Position numbers and translations under genes: made by a program. Of a stretch of DNA of 64,000 bases, positions 1-11,946 are shown piece after piece; position 1 is the first letter of the stretch, and every line of letters begins with the position of its first letter. This DNA comes from Podarcis pityusensis (Eukaryota), in assembly GCA_964106645.2 (NCBI GenBank), contig OZ067039.1; one strand, given 5' to 3'. The notes under the pieces are model-generated. The model was not told the DNA's origin, ran no database searches, and saw only the letters and a program-made list of their open reading frames with translations.

Positions 1-938
1 AGGAGGAAAGGCAAGGAATGGCCTCACTCTTTCATACATCTAGAGATGCAAGAGAAGCTTTTGCCTTAGTGAATTCTTCAGGAATCTCGAGTAGGGATTT
101 GCCAGAATCTGGCAGCATTTCTATACCTTGACATGCATATGCAGAAATTTCCTGTATTGGTTGACAATAGCATCAACCCATATCAGGGACATTGTAAATT
201 CACAATGAAGTCTAGCCCATTCTGGGTTCCAGACTCCCGGAGAGTTCTGGAAACAGTTCCAGAAGTTTAAGAGAAATCCAGATGGAAAATTTAAAGTCAT
301 CAGATGCCAAGCAAGTTTCTCATACACAAGCCAAAGCCTAGGGGCTAAGCAACTGGATTGGGACTCAGAGAGCTGCATGCTCCATTCTTGCTCAAAGCAT
401 GTAATACTTTAAATTTAAACACCCACCCCCACCCACCCCATAACCACTACAGGTTCATCATCTGCAAATGGGAATAACACAATAAACCTCCTGTGTGATA
501 TTATTTTCAGCCTACTGATTTCAGAACATGATGTCCTATGTTATGGGCAAAATAAGTAGGTAGGATTTATACACAGCAGGGCTATTTTGTGTGTGAATAC
601 TCATAGAGACAACCGAATGTCTGATGGGTGATCAGGACCCCATCTATGGTAACTGAATATATTAAGAAGAAGGCAAGGGTAGCCAAAAGCATTTTGGGGT
701 CTGCAGTAATATGGCACTTCCTCTCCCCACCCTGATTCCACATTCAGAAGTTGACAAGAATGTCAGATGAATCTTCTTTCAACACTGGTGATGGGGCACT
801 CTCCTCATCTTCTACTTCTAAGACCACCAGGTTTGGTTAGGGGTTGAGGGGAGGCCCCATGATCCTCTAATGTGTCACCTGTTGATACTATCTCTTTAAG
901 AGGCAAGCTGAGAAGGCCTCATGCTAGCAGTCCATGCA

Positions 939-1073
939 NNNNNNNNNNNNNNNNNNNNNNNNNNNNNNNNNNNNNNNNNNNNNNNNNNNNNNNNNNNNNN
1001 NNNNNNNNNNNNNNNNNNNNNNNNNNNNNNNNNNNNNNNNNNNNNNNNNNNNNNNNNNNNNNNNNNNNNNNNN
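939..1073. other. N-tract, 135 nt
   Basis: Direct reading. Confidence 0.99.
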
Positions 1074-4000
1074 TTCAAAAAAAGGCCTGGGATATTTTTG
1101 CCAAGACAATCAGAATCTGGATATTATTTGGCAAAGTTGTTTATGTTGCTCTTTAATGTCAAAAATTGTTGCTCTGTAGGTTTTAATAAATATTTGTTGA
1201 GTTTGATGATGTGGTGTGACTTACTGTTTCCCATATACAAGATCACCACTCACAACTCTGCTTCCTCATTATCGGCCACCTGAAGCAGCCGCCTCATTCT
1301 GTCTAAAGGTAGGGCCGGCCCTGGGAAACTTGAAAAGAGCCTGTTTTACAAGCATCTTGTTTCCTTCCCATAACTTCAGCTGAAAGAAAGGCCTTTAAGA
1401 TCCACAGCTGTATCCAATCCCATCTAGTCTCTGCTTCTGGTCAGGCTCCCTTCTTATCTGAACTGCAAAACCTTTATAGCTGGATGTCAGGTCCTTTTTA
1501 AAATGGCTCCTGTATCAAAGCTTTGCAGCTTGATGAGCAGATGGGATGCACAAACCTACATCTGATCCAGCTCACAGGGCAGGAAAGGATTTAAGGATTT
1601 TATCCACAAAACACTGCTGGCTACAGCTCTATCAGCTGCAAAGAACTTCTGCAATGCATGCCACTATTATTACATGCATCCCAAAGCAAGGACCTATTTC
1701 ACCAACAGAAATAGACTGTTTACTGTTCTTGGCAGAAAGGCCCCCCCACCACCAAAGAACCACTCTCCCAAGCAACTGGGAGCCTCAGCCAGTCATGGTG
1801 GGAGTTCGGACTTGGCGGCAATTTAAAATTTGCCACCCTGAGCTCCCTTAAGAGGAAGGGTGGGATAGACATTTAATATCTACAGAATATGGTGCTCGAA
1901 CTGTTGGGTTATCAAGTGATGAGGAATCCAGTGTTTGGTATCAAGGGGTTGAGAGCGGAGAGAGACAAATGTGGTCAACTAGCCAGTAGGTTGGAATTTG
2001 CTGCAAAAACTTGGTTTGACTGCCAAGCCCAGTCTTTTTGGTACATTGCTTAGCATCTGGGGATGCTGCTGATTCTCATTCTCAGAAGTGGTTTTCACAG
2101 GCACATGGACATCAGCTTGATTTCCTTGCAGCTTGTGATGACTTTTGAAGCGTAGGTGGGTTCCCATGAGGCAAGACACAGTGATAACAGCAACAAATTT
2201 ATTGAATACGTAACTGGAAAACAGGGGCAAAGCAACTGCTTATATACATTCCTGAAAGCCTGGGCCACTCCCACTACCAACATGATTGGCTGTCTAAACT
2301 TCCAAGCTGCGAATCACAATTCAGAGTTCAAGGGCCAATGGCAGAGGCCCAAATCCTGCAATGTTCTGTGATGTCTCGAATCAGAACACAGGAGCTCAGA
2401 ATCCTTAGTCCAGACTCAAGCTTGAACACATAACAACTTTGAGCTGAGCTAAACAAGTGAAGTGATTTGATTCAAAACTTTTGCTTTTATGTGAAGTCAG
2501 GCAGTGAAAGTCTGTATGTAGTGTTAAGATATGTGACCACTCAGTCACATCATCACATGATGCTACATGTTACCATTCGATACTGCAATGTGCAGACAGA
2601 ACCTGTTTGTGTGTCTGTGTGTCTGTTTGCTTGTGTTACTCTGTAAAGGGTGCAAAATAACATCATAATGAAGTTACCAAGTGACAAAACAGTCATGGAT
2701 GGGCCAACCCTTGGTTTCCTTGGTTTGTGAACAAAGCTTGGTTTTTATCAACAAACAGCCTATCAGCACACTGAGAGCACCTTTTATCAATGAACATTTT
2801 AGTTGGCTGCTTAATATTTGCACGGAATCCAACCACATCCTGATGCATGATGCATCCAGGCAGTTGAAGGGGAAAGAGGCAATCATCCTTGCTTTTCTGC
2901 CATTCCTGATGTAGCGATTCAATTAAAAGGGCCTTCTGCCGGCTTAGGAAACCCCTGAGGTGGCTACAGAATGGACAGCTGAGCTCACAGTGTCTCGGAA
3001 ACTCAGGTAGCAGACATTTCTAGAGCTTTCCTGATTAGATAAGATTATTTTAATAAATCATGCCTGCCACAGATTAAGAATTAGCCAGGAGGCAAGGAAT
3101 GTCATTATTTTCAAGGTATCTACATCTTTCTCCAGATTCCTCTTGGCATTTAGGGGCAGCTGTGTAGTCAACAACCTCTTCCTAGGTGGCCTTCCAAACA
3201 GCAGTGGCTCAGCTCCCTGACCAAATCTCTAGTGTCAGGCAGACAGGAGGAGTTTTTCAAAACTCCAAGAATCAGCATATTTTTAAGGCAAATGCTTGCT
3301 TCATACTTCTTCCATTTTTTTCTTTTCTTTTTTTGCAAGGCAGCCATCAGAGAAACAGCTCAACAACATTCCCTTTCTGGGAGTAAGGACAAATAAATCC
3401 AATCACTGACAGCTGAACCAGATATTTATTTGCATCCAAGTCCACCTCTCTCAAACACCGTTGACTCACAAAGCCCTGATCAGATTTCCTGTACAATCTG
3501 ATGATACATGTTTACTCAGAAGCAAGTCCAGTTGAGTTCAACGGGGCTTGCTCCCTAGTAAGGGAGTATACCATAGCAGCCTAAATATCTTCTCTGGAGT
3601 TGCAAATTTCATAGCAACAACAATGACATTCTCAAATAGAAGAATTTTCCACGAGAAAATAGGCTGGATGAATCAGACAAACCAAAATGCAAGCCGATAA
3701 ATGGTCTGCCCTGGCATAAAACTGAACCCTGAGTTCCAAACCCACGATCCAATAATCAAATAAGTTAGTATTTATTCAAAGGCTCCCTTATTTCTGCTCT
3801 AGCTAGAGTAAGGGAGATGAGAGACCTCACAGACCACGTTTTCAAAGACTAAAGGGCAGTGCTAATGACTGCCACCCATGTTGAATTCTGTGGGCACCAT
3901 TTACTTTAATGCCAGCTTTTTTAAAAAAGGGCTGCTCAGAGAGCAGCCCAGACACACGCCTAGTCTCCCTTGCGCTGTGCCAGCCCAGTCCTGTCAAGCA

Positions 4001-4522
4001 CTTGCTCAGTACAGAAGCATCTCTCTCCCTCTAGACACCGCTCAAGCACAGCCTCGCCTCCCTCCGAGATCAGCCAAAAGAAGATATGCAAAACAAGTAA
4101 ACTAAATGGGGCCATTCTTCCCACAAACAACATGTGGCAAGTGGCAGAGAAGTAATAATCAGAATATTCCGGCTCGCTTTAACAATCTAATATGGGGTGG
4201 GTGGGGTAAAATGAAATGGGGAGACCGTGACGTGAAGCCGGCCCATCATCCAACATCGTGCTGTTTAACAAACAAAAGAAAACTGGAGGTAGCTTGCTGG
4301 TAGGCAGAGGAGAATGTATCAGCTGCTCCTTGGAAGTTGTGTGTGCAAAAAAAGAAATGCTTGACTTTAGACATAGGTGATTTGCAGAATTCTGGCTGAG
4401 AACTTAAAAAACAAGGGATGTTGGAATGGATAGGTGCCATACTCTACAGGCTGAGGGGTTCTGAAACATGACATTTTCTTTACAACGCAAGGCATCTTCC
4501 TACCTAATATCCTTCCAATATA

Positions 4523-4756
4523 CAGTGGTACCTCGGGTTACATACGCTTCAGGTTACATACGCTTCAGGTTACAGAGTCCGCTAACCCAGAAATAGTGCT
4601 TCAGGTTAAGAACTTTGCTTCAGGATGAGAACAGAAATCGCGCGCTGGCGGCAGCAGGAGGCCCCATTAGCTAAAGTGGTGCTTTAGGTTAAGAACAGTT
4701 TCAGGTTAATAACGGACCTCCGGAACGAATTAAGTACTTAACCTGAGGTACCACTG
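4523..4756. mobile_element. Non-autonomous Tc1/mariner-superfamily (pogo/Tigger-like) MITE
   Basis: TA|CAGTGGTACCTCGGGTTA ... TAACCTGAGGTACCACTG|TA: terminal inverted repeats with a TA target duplication. Confidence 0.9.
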
Positions 4757-6628
4757 TACTGGTTTTCAGCCTTGTGAATGTGTGGTATGCAGTCTGCATA
4801 AATGAACATAATAAATAAATAAGAAAGACAATGTACACCACAAGGCAGTTAAGCCAGTGAGCTGCTGGGCGTGTTACTTCTGCATCAAAGCATTCTGGCT
4901 AGGATCCCAGCTAAGCCCACCCACTCATTAAACCCCTCTGGACCTGGTAGACTCACACTTAACCAGGCATTGGTTTCCTGTGGTTGTTCTAATCAAAAGG
5001 CCTGATAACTCTCCCTTAATTATATATAAAAAAACACCAAATGGAGTTTGCTTATTGACATAGGGCACGGGTAATCAATATGATGTCTTCCAGGTGTTTA
5101 TTGGACTCCAGCTTCCACCAGTCCCTGCCAGCATGACCAACGAACAGCGGCGATAGAAGATGCAGTCCAGCAATAACTGGAGGGAGTCAACTTAGGGAAC
5201 ATATTTTGTTTCTGAGGCAATTTAGTGGGCACTGTTCAGGAAGTAACGTGGATTCAAATTTAGTCCCCCCCCCCCCCAAAAAAAAAATGCAGCACGTGAA
5301 ATTTAACCCAGTTAGAATGTGTGGATTCCTTTTGGTGCATTCTTCATTCACAGTTTGAGTTTGCACAGATTTTGTGATTACAGGTAACAAGAAAAAAATG
5401 GAGCGACAGGGTTATGATGGTGGTGGTGAGAGGTGATTATGATTCTGAGGGGAAGGGAGGCAGACATGATAGGAGACGCACTGACGGAGGAAAAAACAAC
5501 AACTCAGGTAGCTTTACAGTGTACAAAAGGTCTTTCCCCCAAATGAGAGTTTTCCCTTTTCTAAAATTATCTCCAAAACCATGAGGGTTAGCAACATGGG
5601 AGCCACCAAACATATTCACACAACAGCTTTGTTTGTGAAGCTGTGTTCTATGGACATACAGCTAGGAGTCACAGGAAACTGCCCATTAATCTGCACTGAT
5701 GGTTATCACACAATAAACACGGGAACACCCCATGGACATATTTGGGTACAAACAGCAAAAAGGCAGTAAAATGAGGTGACCTTATGTACAGAGCAGGCAT
5801 AAACGTTGCTTTTGTACTCTTAGAAAGCGTAGATAAGCTGTAGCTAATACAGAGACAGAAGAATAGGGGGAAAGGCAGAGAAGGGTGTACGCTAGCCAGA
5901 AAGGAGCCCAGCCCCACCTCAGAGAAATAAAAGTAATTCTTTCTGAACCAAGAGACGCCCATCATGTCACAACAGTGGGGAGGCTCCCACCAAGCACACT
6001 GTGAGGCTGCTTGTCTGAGGCCAGATATATATATATATATATTTAGATGCTGTATATTTCCACCCAGAGAAGCCAGCACGTGCTCTGTATGCTGGGAAAC
6101 CCAGCTGGCTTAACAGAAGCTATCTCCTGATCAGCAGGCCTGCTTAGGGCAACTTCTCCCTCTCGCCAATGTTTCCCCGGGGAAATTACAAAACAAGGTA
6201 AAAGGGTGCCCAAAGGCATAAACAGGCACAGGAGCTAAGCGAGCGATGTGGAAGGTAATCACCGGGTCCAGGGATGAAAATAATAATCACAATAGCATCA
6301 ACAAACACATCCTTCCTCCTGCAATCTGGCATCTGGGCTATAGGGGCCTGTTTCTAAGATGTGCTGACTCTGCACTGCTTCCATTTACTTCGCAAAAAAA
6401 CCAACGAAGGTAGCATTTCTCCTAAAGAGATGCCGCAGAGGCAAGCAGCATATGAACCAGAAAACAAAATGAGCAGAGTAAATGCAGGACTCATTTGCCA
6501 GGCCCTTTACTAATCTTATTCACTACTCCGCACTGGCTTTTTGTACCAAGTGAGACCTCAGATGGAGACCTGAAGTGATTTTAACCAAGAACAGGCCCCC
6601 CAGTTGTTATTTCTGACTGGTTGGAGAA

Positions 6629-6822
6629 GGTAGTGGTTCGGCTCTCAGACTAAGACCAGGAGATCCAGGTTAAAATGTAGCCATGAAGCTCACTAGGTAA
6701 CCTTTGGTCAGTCATCACATCTCAACCTAGCCTACCTCACAGGATTGTTGTGGGGATAAAATGGGGGGTATGATACTTTGAGCCCATTGTGGGAAAGGGG
6801 GGGATATAAATGTAATAAATAA
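6629..6822 (+). mobile_element. Old MIR/CORE-like SINE remnant
   Basis: gtagtggtt...ccaggttaaaat...gccatgaagctcactaggtaacctt...cctacctcacaggattgttgtg...aataaataa; similar remnants at about 11497-11640 and 51759-51925. Confidence 0.55.
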
Positions 6823-7335
6823 TACTTATATAGCACTTTTTGTGGGTTCAAATAACTTCAGCAATCCTTACCACAACTTCTAAGCAGGTTAGTATTATTC
6901 CCCCGTTAGAGATGGGAGAGTGGGATTGGAAGATATGCATGAGGCAGTCAACGGCACAAACTAGTTAAAGACAGTGACGTCAATGGAATTAAATAATCTT
7001 AAATCGAAGTCTTCTGGGCTGGATCCCAGTAAAGCACCCAGACAGGCTCACTGCTCATTAATCTCCTCTGGGCCTGCCACGCTCCTGCACACACTTAACC
7101 AGGCACCAGTCCTTTTAGTTGTTCTAACCATGAGCAGCGTTATTCAGTCAGGGGTGATGAGAATTATATTCCAACACCATTTGGAAGGAGACACAAGTTT
7201 GGTGTTCCCACTGCTATTCCAAATCAAATTGGGGGGGGGGCACTTATAAATTACTTTCATTTAGTAAATCCCCTCCAAAATCCCCTTTTATTTAGGGAAT
7301 TATTCAGCTTTGGTGTCTACAGTAATTCAGGAAGC

Positions 7336-7371
<36 letters not shown>
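7336..7371. repeat. (GAT)12 microsatellite
   Basis: Direct reading. Confidence 0.97.
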
Positions 7372-9751
7372 ATAGCAATGCCTAGTGAGATCCATCATGG
7401 AGAGTAGATTTGAATTGGAAGCGTTCTGGACTGCAGCTCTTGTCGTCTGTCATCTAGCCACTACAACACAACAGCTCTTTTAATAGCGCTATTTCTATGG
7501 AGTTGCAAAGATTATACACCCAACATAATGGAGGAATCAATGTCCTCCCTCCCCAATGCTGAGTCATGCCACAGTGGTGATGAGACTAGACTTGGACTCT
7601 TCATGAGACTTTACACACACTTTCTATATGCAGTATTTTCCTCAACAACCAAGTCAATGTTAGGCAGCGCACATTCTGTGTTGCACTTAGGCGAAAGTGC
7701 TGGTGTGGGTGGGGTTGTGCACTGCTTCCCTCTTTTCAAGCCCTCATGGCAGCCTCTTTCTTCAGCAAAGGAATTGTTCTTGGCCTTGTACATGAGGGTG
7801 ACAACAGTGACTCATCTATCTGGACAAAGTGTACTCCAACAGGAGTGGGGTGGTGGTGGATGACCAGTGCTACTTTTATGGAAGAAGAGGTGCTGGAACT
7901 CCCTCCCTTGTTCTCTTATAATGGCAATGGAGCCCACCTGAGAAGTGCCAGACCTCAGGGCGAAAAAAGCCCTGGAAATGACCTTAATGCAGGGTGCCAC
8001 TGTTAAGAATGAGGGGATCCCCTCAAATGAACATTCAGGCACCACCCTCCTTAGCCTTCCAGCGTCTTAAAAAAAGGTCTGCCTGGAGCCATCTGTTGTG
8101 ATACTTCAGTGTGCATCTGTAATCATCCTATATGCTAAGGGGCAGATTCATTCCTTGAGTGTGGATCCCTGTATAGCCAAAATAGCCCAGGAGGTGATGT
8201 GCAGAAGTACTTACAGACAGAGCAAAGTACAAAGTAGTCTGTAGAAAAATCAAATCAAAGTAGCAGCCCCACATAGAACAACCCCACAGGGACCGAGCAT
8301 GTTCAGTGGCCATGGGAATGCCGACTGTTGAGGAGGGGACAGGAAAAGGGGGTGGGAGTAGAAATGGAATGGAGTATCCTAGAAAAAGCATGGCCAAATG
8401 TTGCTGCAAGTCCCACTTGTCTGGACTATATTTGAGCTACTTCAAGGAATACGGTTCCAGTGCCAGTCTAGAAGAGAGTGAAGTAATGGGGCACATTTTA
8501 GATATTAAGGATTTTAAGCACAACACATGGTTTATAGCCTAACTAGAACAATGGTAGGTTGACAGAGCAGGCAGTGTGTCACCTCTTTGTGTCTTGAAGA
8601 TGGCTCATTTATTTTTAATCAGAAGCCATCCAGGGCTGAATGCAGAGGCGAGTATTTTTTACCTCTGCTGCATGCCAGTGCCTCCTGCCCTATGCATATC
8701 CAGGGCACATCTCTGGGAAAATAAGGGACATCACAATGTGTCTCACTCTCGAGACTATGGGAAAACATGAGACTGCAGGAGGCGATAGGAAGCCAGACCT
8801 GTCCTTCTTAACGGCTGGAGAAGGCACCACCCATGGGGATTTCACCTTCATGTATAGTTGCATTATGAGTAAGGAGAAGACTTTCCAAGACCTCCTCTAG
8901 CATTTAGGCTACCAACAGAAAAGTCAAAACGCCAAAGGCAGATTCCCAAAGTGAGCACAAGCAACTAAAGGTAAAAGGTAATGCTTGCGTTTGCATTATT
9001 TCCATCAAGCTATTTCAGAAATAAATGAATCAGCACACCTTTTCTTTGGGAATCTTAAAAGTCTCTCTTCTGAATGAGGCCTGCGACATTTACAGTATCA
9101 ACAAGCAGTCATTGCTCACACTTCCTGAAGCAACAGGTGGGCTTCCTGAGCCAGTTACACAAATGGGAGAGAAGGGGATGGAAAGCTTTCCGGGGTCTCC
9201 CTTTTATAGATGCACTGGGATGTACAAAGAGTGAAACCAAGGCAGCTCGTTTGTTACAATCAAAGTTTGGGTTGATGCTGTCAAGAGATCGAGGGTCCTG
9301 GATGGCTCTCCCCCGTTTATTACCTCTTTGACTCGCGGTCTTTCCAGGATGCGGGCTAGGGCAAGTATTAGAAGTAATAGCACTGCATGGAACGTGGCAT
9401 CGCCCTGGAGCTGCGCCCGCCAATTGCCTGGAATGCTGAATGGGCACGAAACGCAGAGCAACAAAGGCGAGGTGCGGCGAGGGGAGTCCTCGGGAGGAGG
9501 CGATCCGCGCCTTGATTGGCTGCGGCGGGAGGCTTCGCTCGGCCTTTCGAAGGAAAGGAAGGAGAGCGCATTGACCTCCCCACCAAATACTCGCACAGTT
9601 CAAGTCACCGGCTTGGCTCACATGCACAAGTCGAGGCAAACGCGCACAAAATGCAAAAGCTCCGCGATCTACATATATATGCACACACAGGAATGCTTTA
9701 GTGGAGAGTCCTGCATTGCAGGGGGTTGGACTAGATGACTCTCGGGCTCCC

Positions 9752-9753
<2 letters not shown>

Positions 9754-9787
<34 letters not shown>
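9754..9787. repeat. (AC)17 microsatellite
   Basis: Direct reading. Confidence 0.97.
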
Positions 9788-9789
<2 letters not shown>

Positions 9790-9850
9790 GGATCTTACAA
9801 GACTCCAAGCACACACTTCTCCCTGGCTCCCCCAGTAGCATCTCCTTTAC

Positions 9851-10396
9851 CTTGCTCTCCTCCTCTTCCTCCTCCTCTTCTTCCTCCTCTTCCTCCTGCT
9901 CTTCTTCTACCGCCACCGGAGCTGCAGCGACAGCCGCCGCCGCCTGGCTGGGGATCTTGACCTCCTGCGGGTGGCTCTGCTGTCCGGCTTGGGCAGTCCT
10001 AGAGGCGGCGGCGTCCTCGTCCTCCTCGGCGCCTCTCTTCTGGCTCGGCTCTTTCTCCTCCTCGTCCCCTTCTTCTTCGGCAGCCCCGATCTCCTCCTCC
10101 TCGCGGCGCCTTCTCCCCTCGCCCTTCACTTCCCCGCCTCCCTCCTCAGGAAGCCGGGGAGGCCCCGCTGCGCCCGGCTCCTCCGCTCCCTCTTCGCCGC
10201 CTTCTGCGCCGTCCGACGGCTCTGCCGCAGCGCTCTCCTCGGCGGCCTCTCGGGGCTCGCCTCCTCCCGGGGCCGCCGCCGCTTTGTCGCCCTCCGAGCC
10301 GGTCCTCAGCTTCACAAAGACCGAGGCGAGGATCACGGCCAAGACGGTGAAGAGCAGCGGGACGGCCAGGTAGTACAACTCCGACGCTACATCCAT
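9851..10396 (-). CDS. MXRA7: MXRA7 (matrix-remodelling-associated 7) coding exon 1; later exons not found in the window
   Basis: ATG at 10396 gives MDVASELYYLAVPLLFTVLAVILASVFVKLR (hydrophobic N-terminal anchor), then an A/P/E/G-rich acidic region with poly-E. Donor AAG|GTAAAG at 9851/9850, 182 codons, phase 0. Lies in a CpG island at the syntenic position and strand next to JMJD6. The ORF-track start at 10462 is a TTG. Confidence 0.8.
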
Positions 10397-10814
10397 CCCT
10401 CCTTCGGCAGCAGCAGCGCCGCCGCAGTCCCTGCGCTGGGGGCTCCGCAGCACCGCCTGCAACGCACCAGCAAGGAGCTGCCGCCGCTAGCAGAGAAGAA
10501 CCGCGTTATTAAGAGTAAGAGCGGCAGGAAGCTCCTTCCAATATCTCGCCTCCCCTGGTTCTGCTGCCGCGCAGTGGAAAGAGCTCCGGCGAATTCCACG
10601 GTCCCCACGCGCGCCGCGCAACAGCCTGACAGCAGCAGCAGCAGCACTGGGCGGAATCCCGCCTCTTCTCAAGCTGGGTCGGGTTTCACAACACGCGCGT
10701 CACGGCCCTGCGCCCCGCCCACCGCCGCGCGCTCCCGCCTCTCAGACCCCTGATGCGGTGGGCGCGCGTTCTCTTTGCTCCTTCTCCCCAGCTGGGATGG
10801 GTTGGGCCCAGTCC

Positions 10815-10839
10815 ATTATTATTTTTATTATTTTTATTA

Positions 10840-10879
<40 letters not shown>
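10815..10879. repeat. Compound (ATTTTTATT/ATT)n microsatellite at the edge of the MXRA7 CpG island
   Basis: Direct reading. Confidence 0.95.
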
Positions 10880-11039
10880 GTTTCTATGCTACTTTATATT
10901 TTTAAGCAAACAACAACAACTCAAAATGGTTTAGAACCTTAATTAAAACATCAAATAAAACAATCCAGAATAAAACATTGAAGAAAGTGAAATATTATAT
11001 CATAAAACATCTTAAAATATAATCAAATCATAATAGATA

Positions 11040-11152
11040 CATGGGCGTAACCAGGGGACAATTTCCCCCCCCACACACCTAGTAAATAAAAATACTTAAC
11101 TAACTGACCAATTGTGTCACAGCCCCCAATATAAATCCTGGTTATGCCTATG
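11040..11152. mobile_element. hAT-type MITE, 113 bp
   Basis: 16-bp TIRs CATGGGCGTAACCAGG / CCTGGTTATGCCTATG (14/16); perfect 8-bp TSD AATAGATA at 11032-11039 and 11153-11160. Confidence 0.85.
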
Positions 11153-11720
11153 AATAGATAAGCACTATGATCAAGCAATCATAAAATTTGTGTCATAAAA
11201 TCATATCGTGCAATCATCACCCGAGGCCTTTCTTTGTGTGCCTCTTCCACAAGAGGTCCATAGGGTGACAACACATTATTTATGAAATGCTCTGTTCTGC
11301 TTCTCCCTTTCAAACTGTGTATATGTGTGCAGGGGAAGGGGGGCAATTATTTCTGTTTGTTATTACGGTTTGCATGTGTTTTTATATTGAAAATTGACCT
11401 GTGATCTTTGGATGCAGGGTGGTGTAGAAATCAAATAAGTAAGAATAACAAGCCTCTTTCCGCCAATGAATTGCACTTGCTCAGTTAAGACAACTGGGTG
11501 GCCCTGAATCAATCACTCAGCCTCTGCCTCAGTTGCTTACTCATAAAATGGGGACATTAAGCACTTATTTCACAGGAATGAGGAAATATTAAGATTATTA
11601 TTAAGATTGTAAAACACTTGGTCCATTAAGAGTGCTATATAACTGGCACACTCTCTCACATGCAGCCAGCCCTTCACCACTGTAGCAGAACTAAGCTCAA
11701 ACCCATCTCCCACTTAAATA

Positions 11721-11946
11721 CAGTGGTACCTCTGGTTAAGAACTTAATCCGTTCTGGAGGTCTGTTCTTAACCTGAAACTGTTCTTAACCTGAGACACCA
11801 CTTTGGCTAATGGGGCCTCCCGCTGCCGCCGCGCCACCACGGCACGATTTCTGTTCTCATCCTGAAGCCAAGTTCTTAACCCGAGGTACTATTTCTGGAT
11901 TAGCAGAGTCTGTAACCTGAAGCGGCTGTTACCCGAGGTACCACTG
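11721..11946. mobile_element. MITE of the same family as 4523-4756, opposite orientation
   Basis: TA|CAGTGGTACCTCTGGTTAAG ... ACCCGAGGTACCACTG|TA; interior is the reverse complement of the 4523 copy. Confidence 0.9.

Larger units (their letters stand above)
9330..10790. promoter_or_regulatory. CpG island / MXRA7 promoter and first exon
   Basis: Dense CpG and high GC against AT-rich flanks; GC boxes (ggggcg, gggcgg) near 10650-10765. Confidence 0.8.

Noticed and set aside
745-820. Minus-strand acidic peptide VEDEESAPSPVLKEDSSD as a possible MXRA7 exon
   Set aside because: No polypyrimidine tract, phase does not fit exon 1, an in-frame stop follows, and no donor. The conserved MXRA7 C-terminal motif was not found anywhere in 1-9850.
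1979-2230. Minus-strand ORF (…LQGNQADVHVPVKTTSENENQQHP…) as a possible MXRA7 internal exon
   Set aside because: Only weak AAG acceptors, no convincing donor, and no homology I can recognise.
4530-4750. Repeated (C/T)TTCAGGTTA units resembling a CRISPR-like array
   Set aside because: Irregularly spaced subterminal repeats inside a TIR-bounded MITE in a vertebrate genome; no cas genes.
10397-10462. 22-codon extension of MXRA7 in the ORF track
   Set aside because: It starts at TTG, not ATG; the ATG at 10396 has a good context (gggATGG) and precedes the hydrophobic segment.
9109-10753. Long overlapping ORFs (9109-9816, 9735-10373, 9971-10753 and others)
   Set aside because: GC-rich shadows of the MXRA7 CpG island and microsatellite translations; no recognisable protein.
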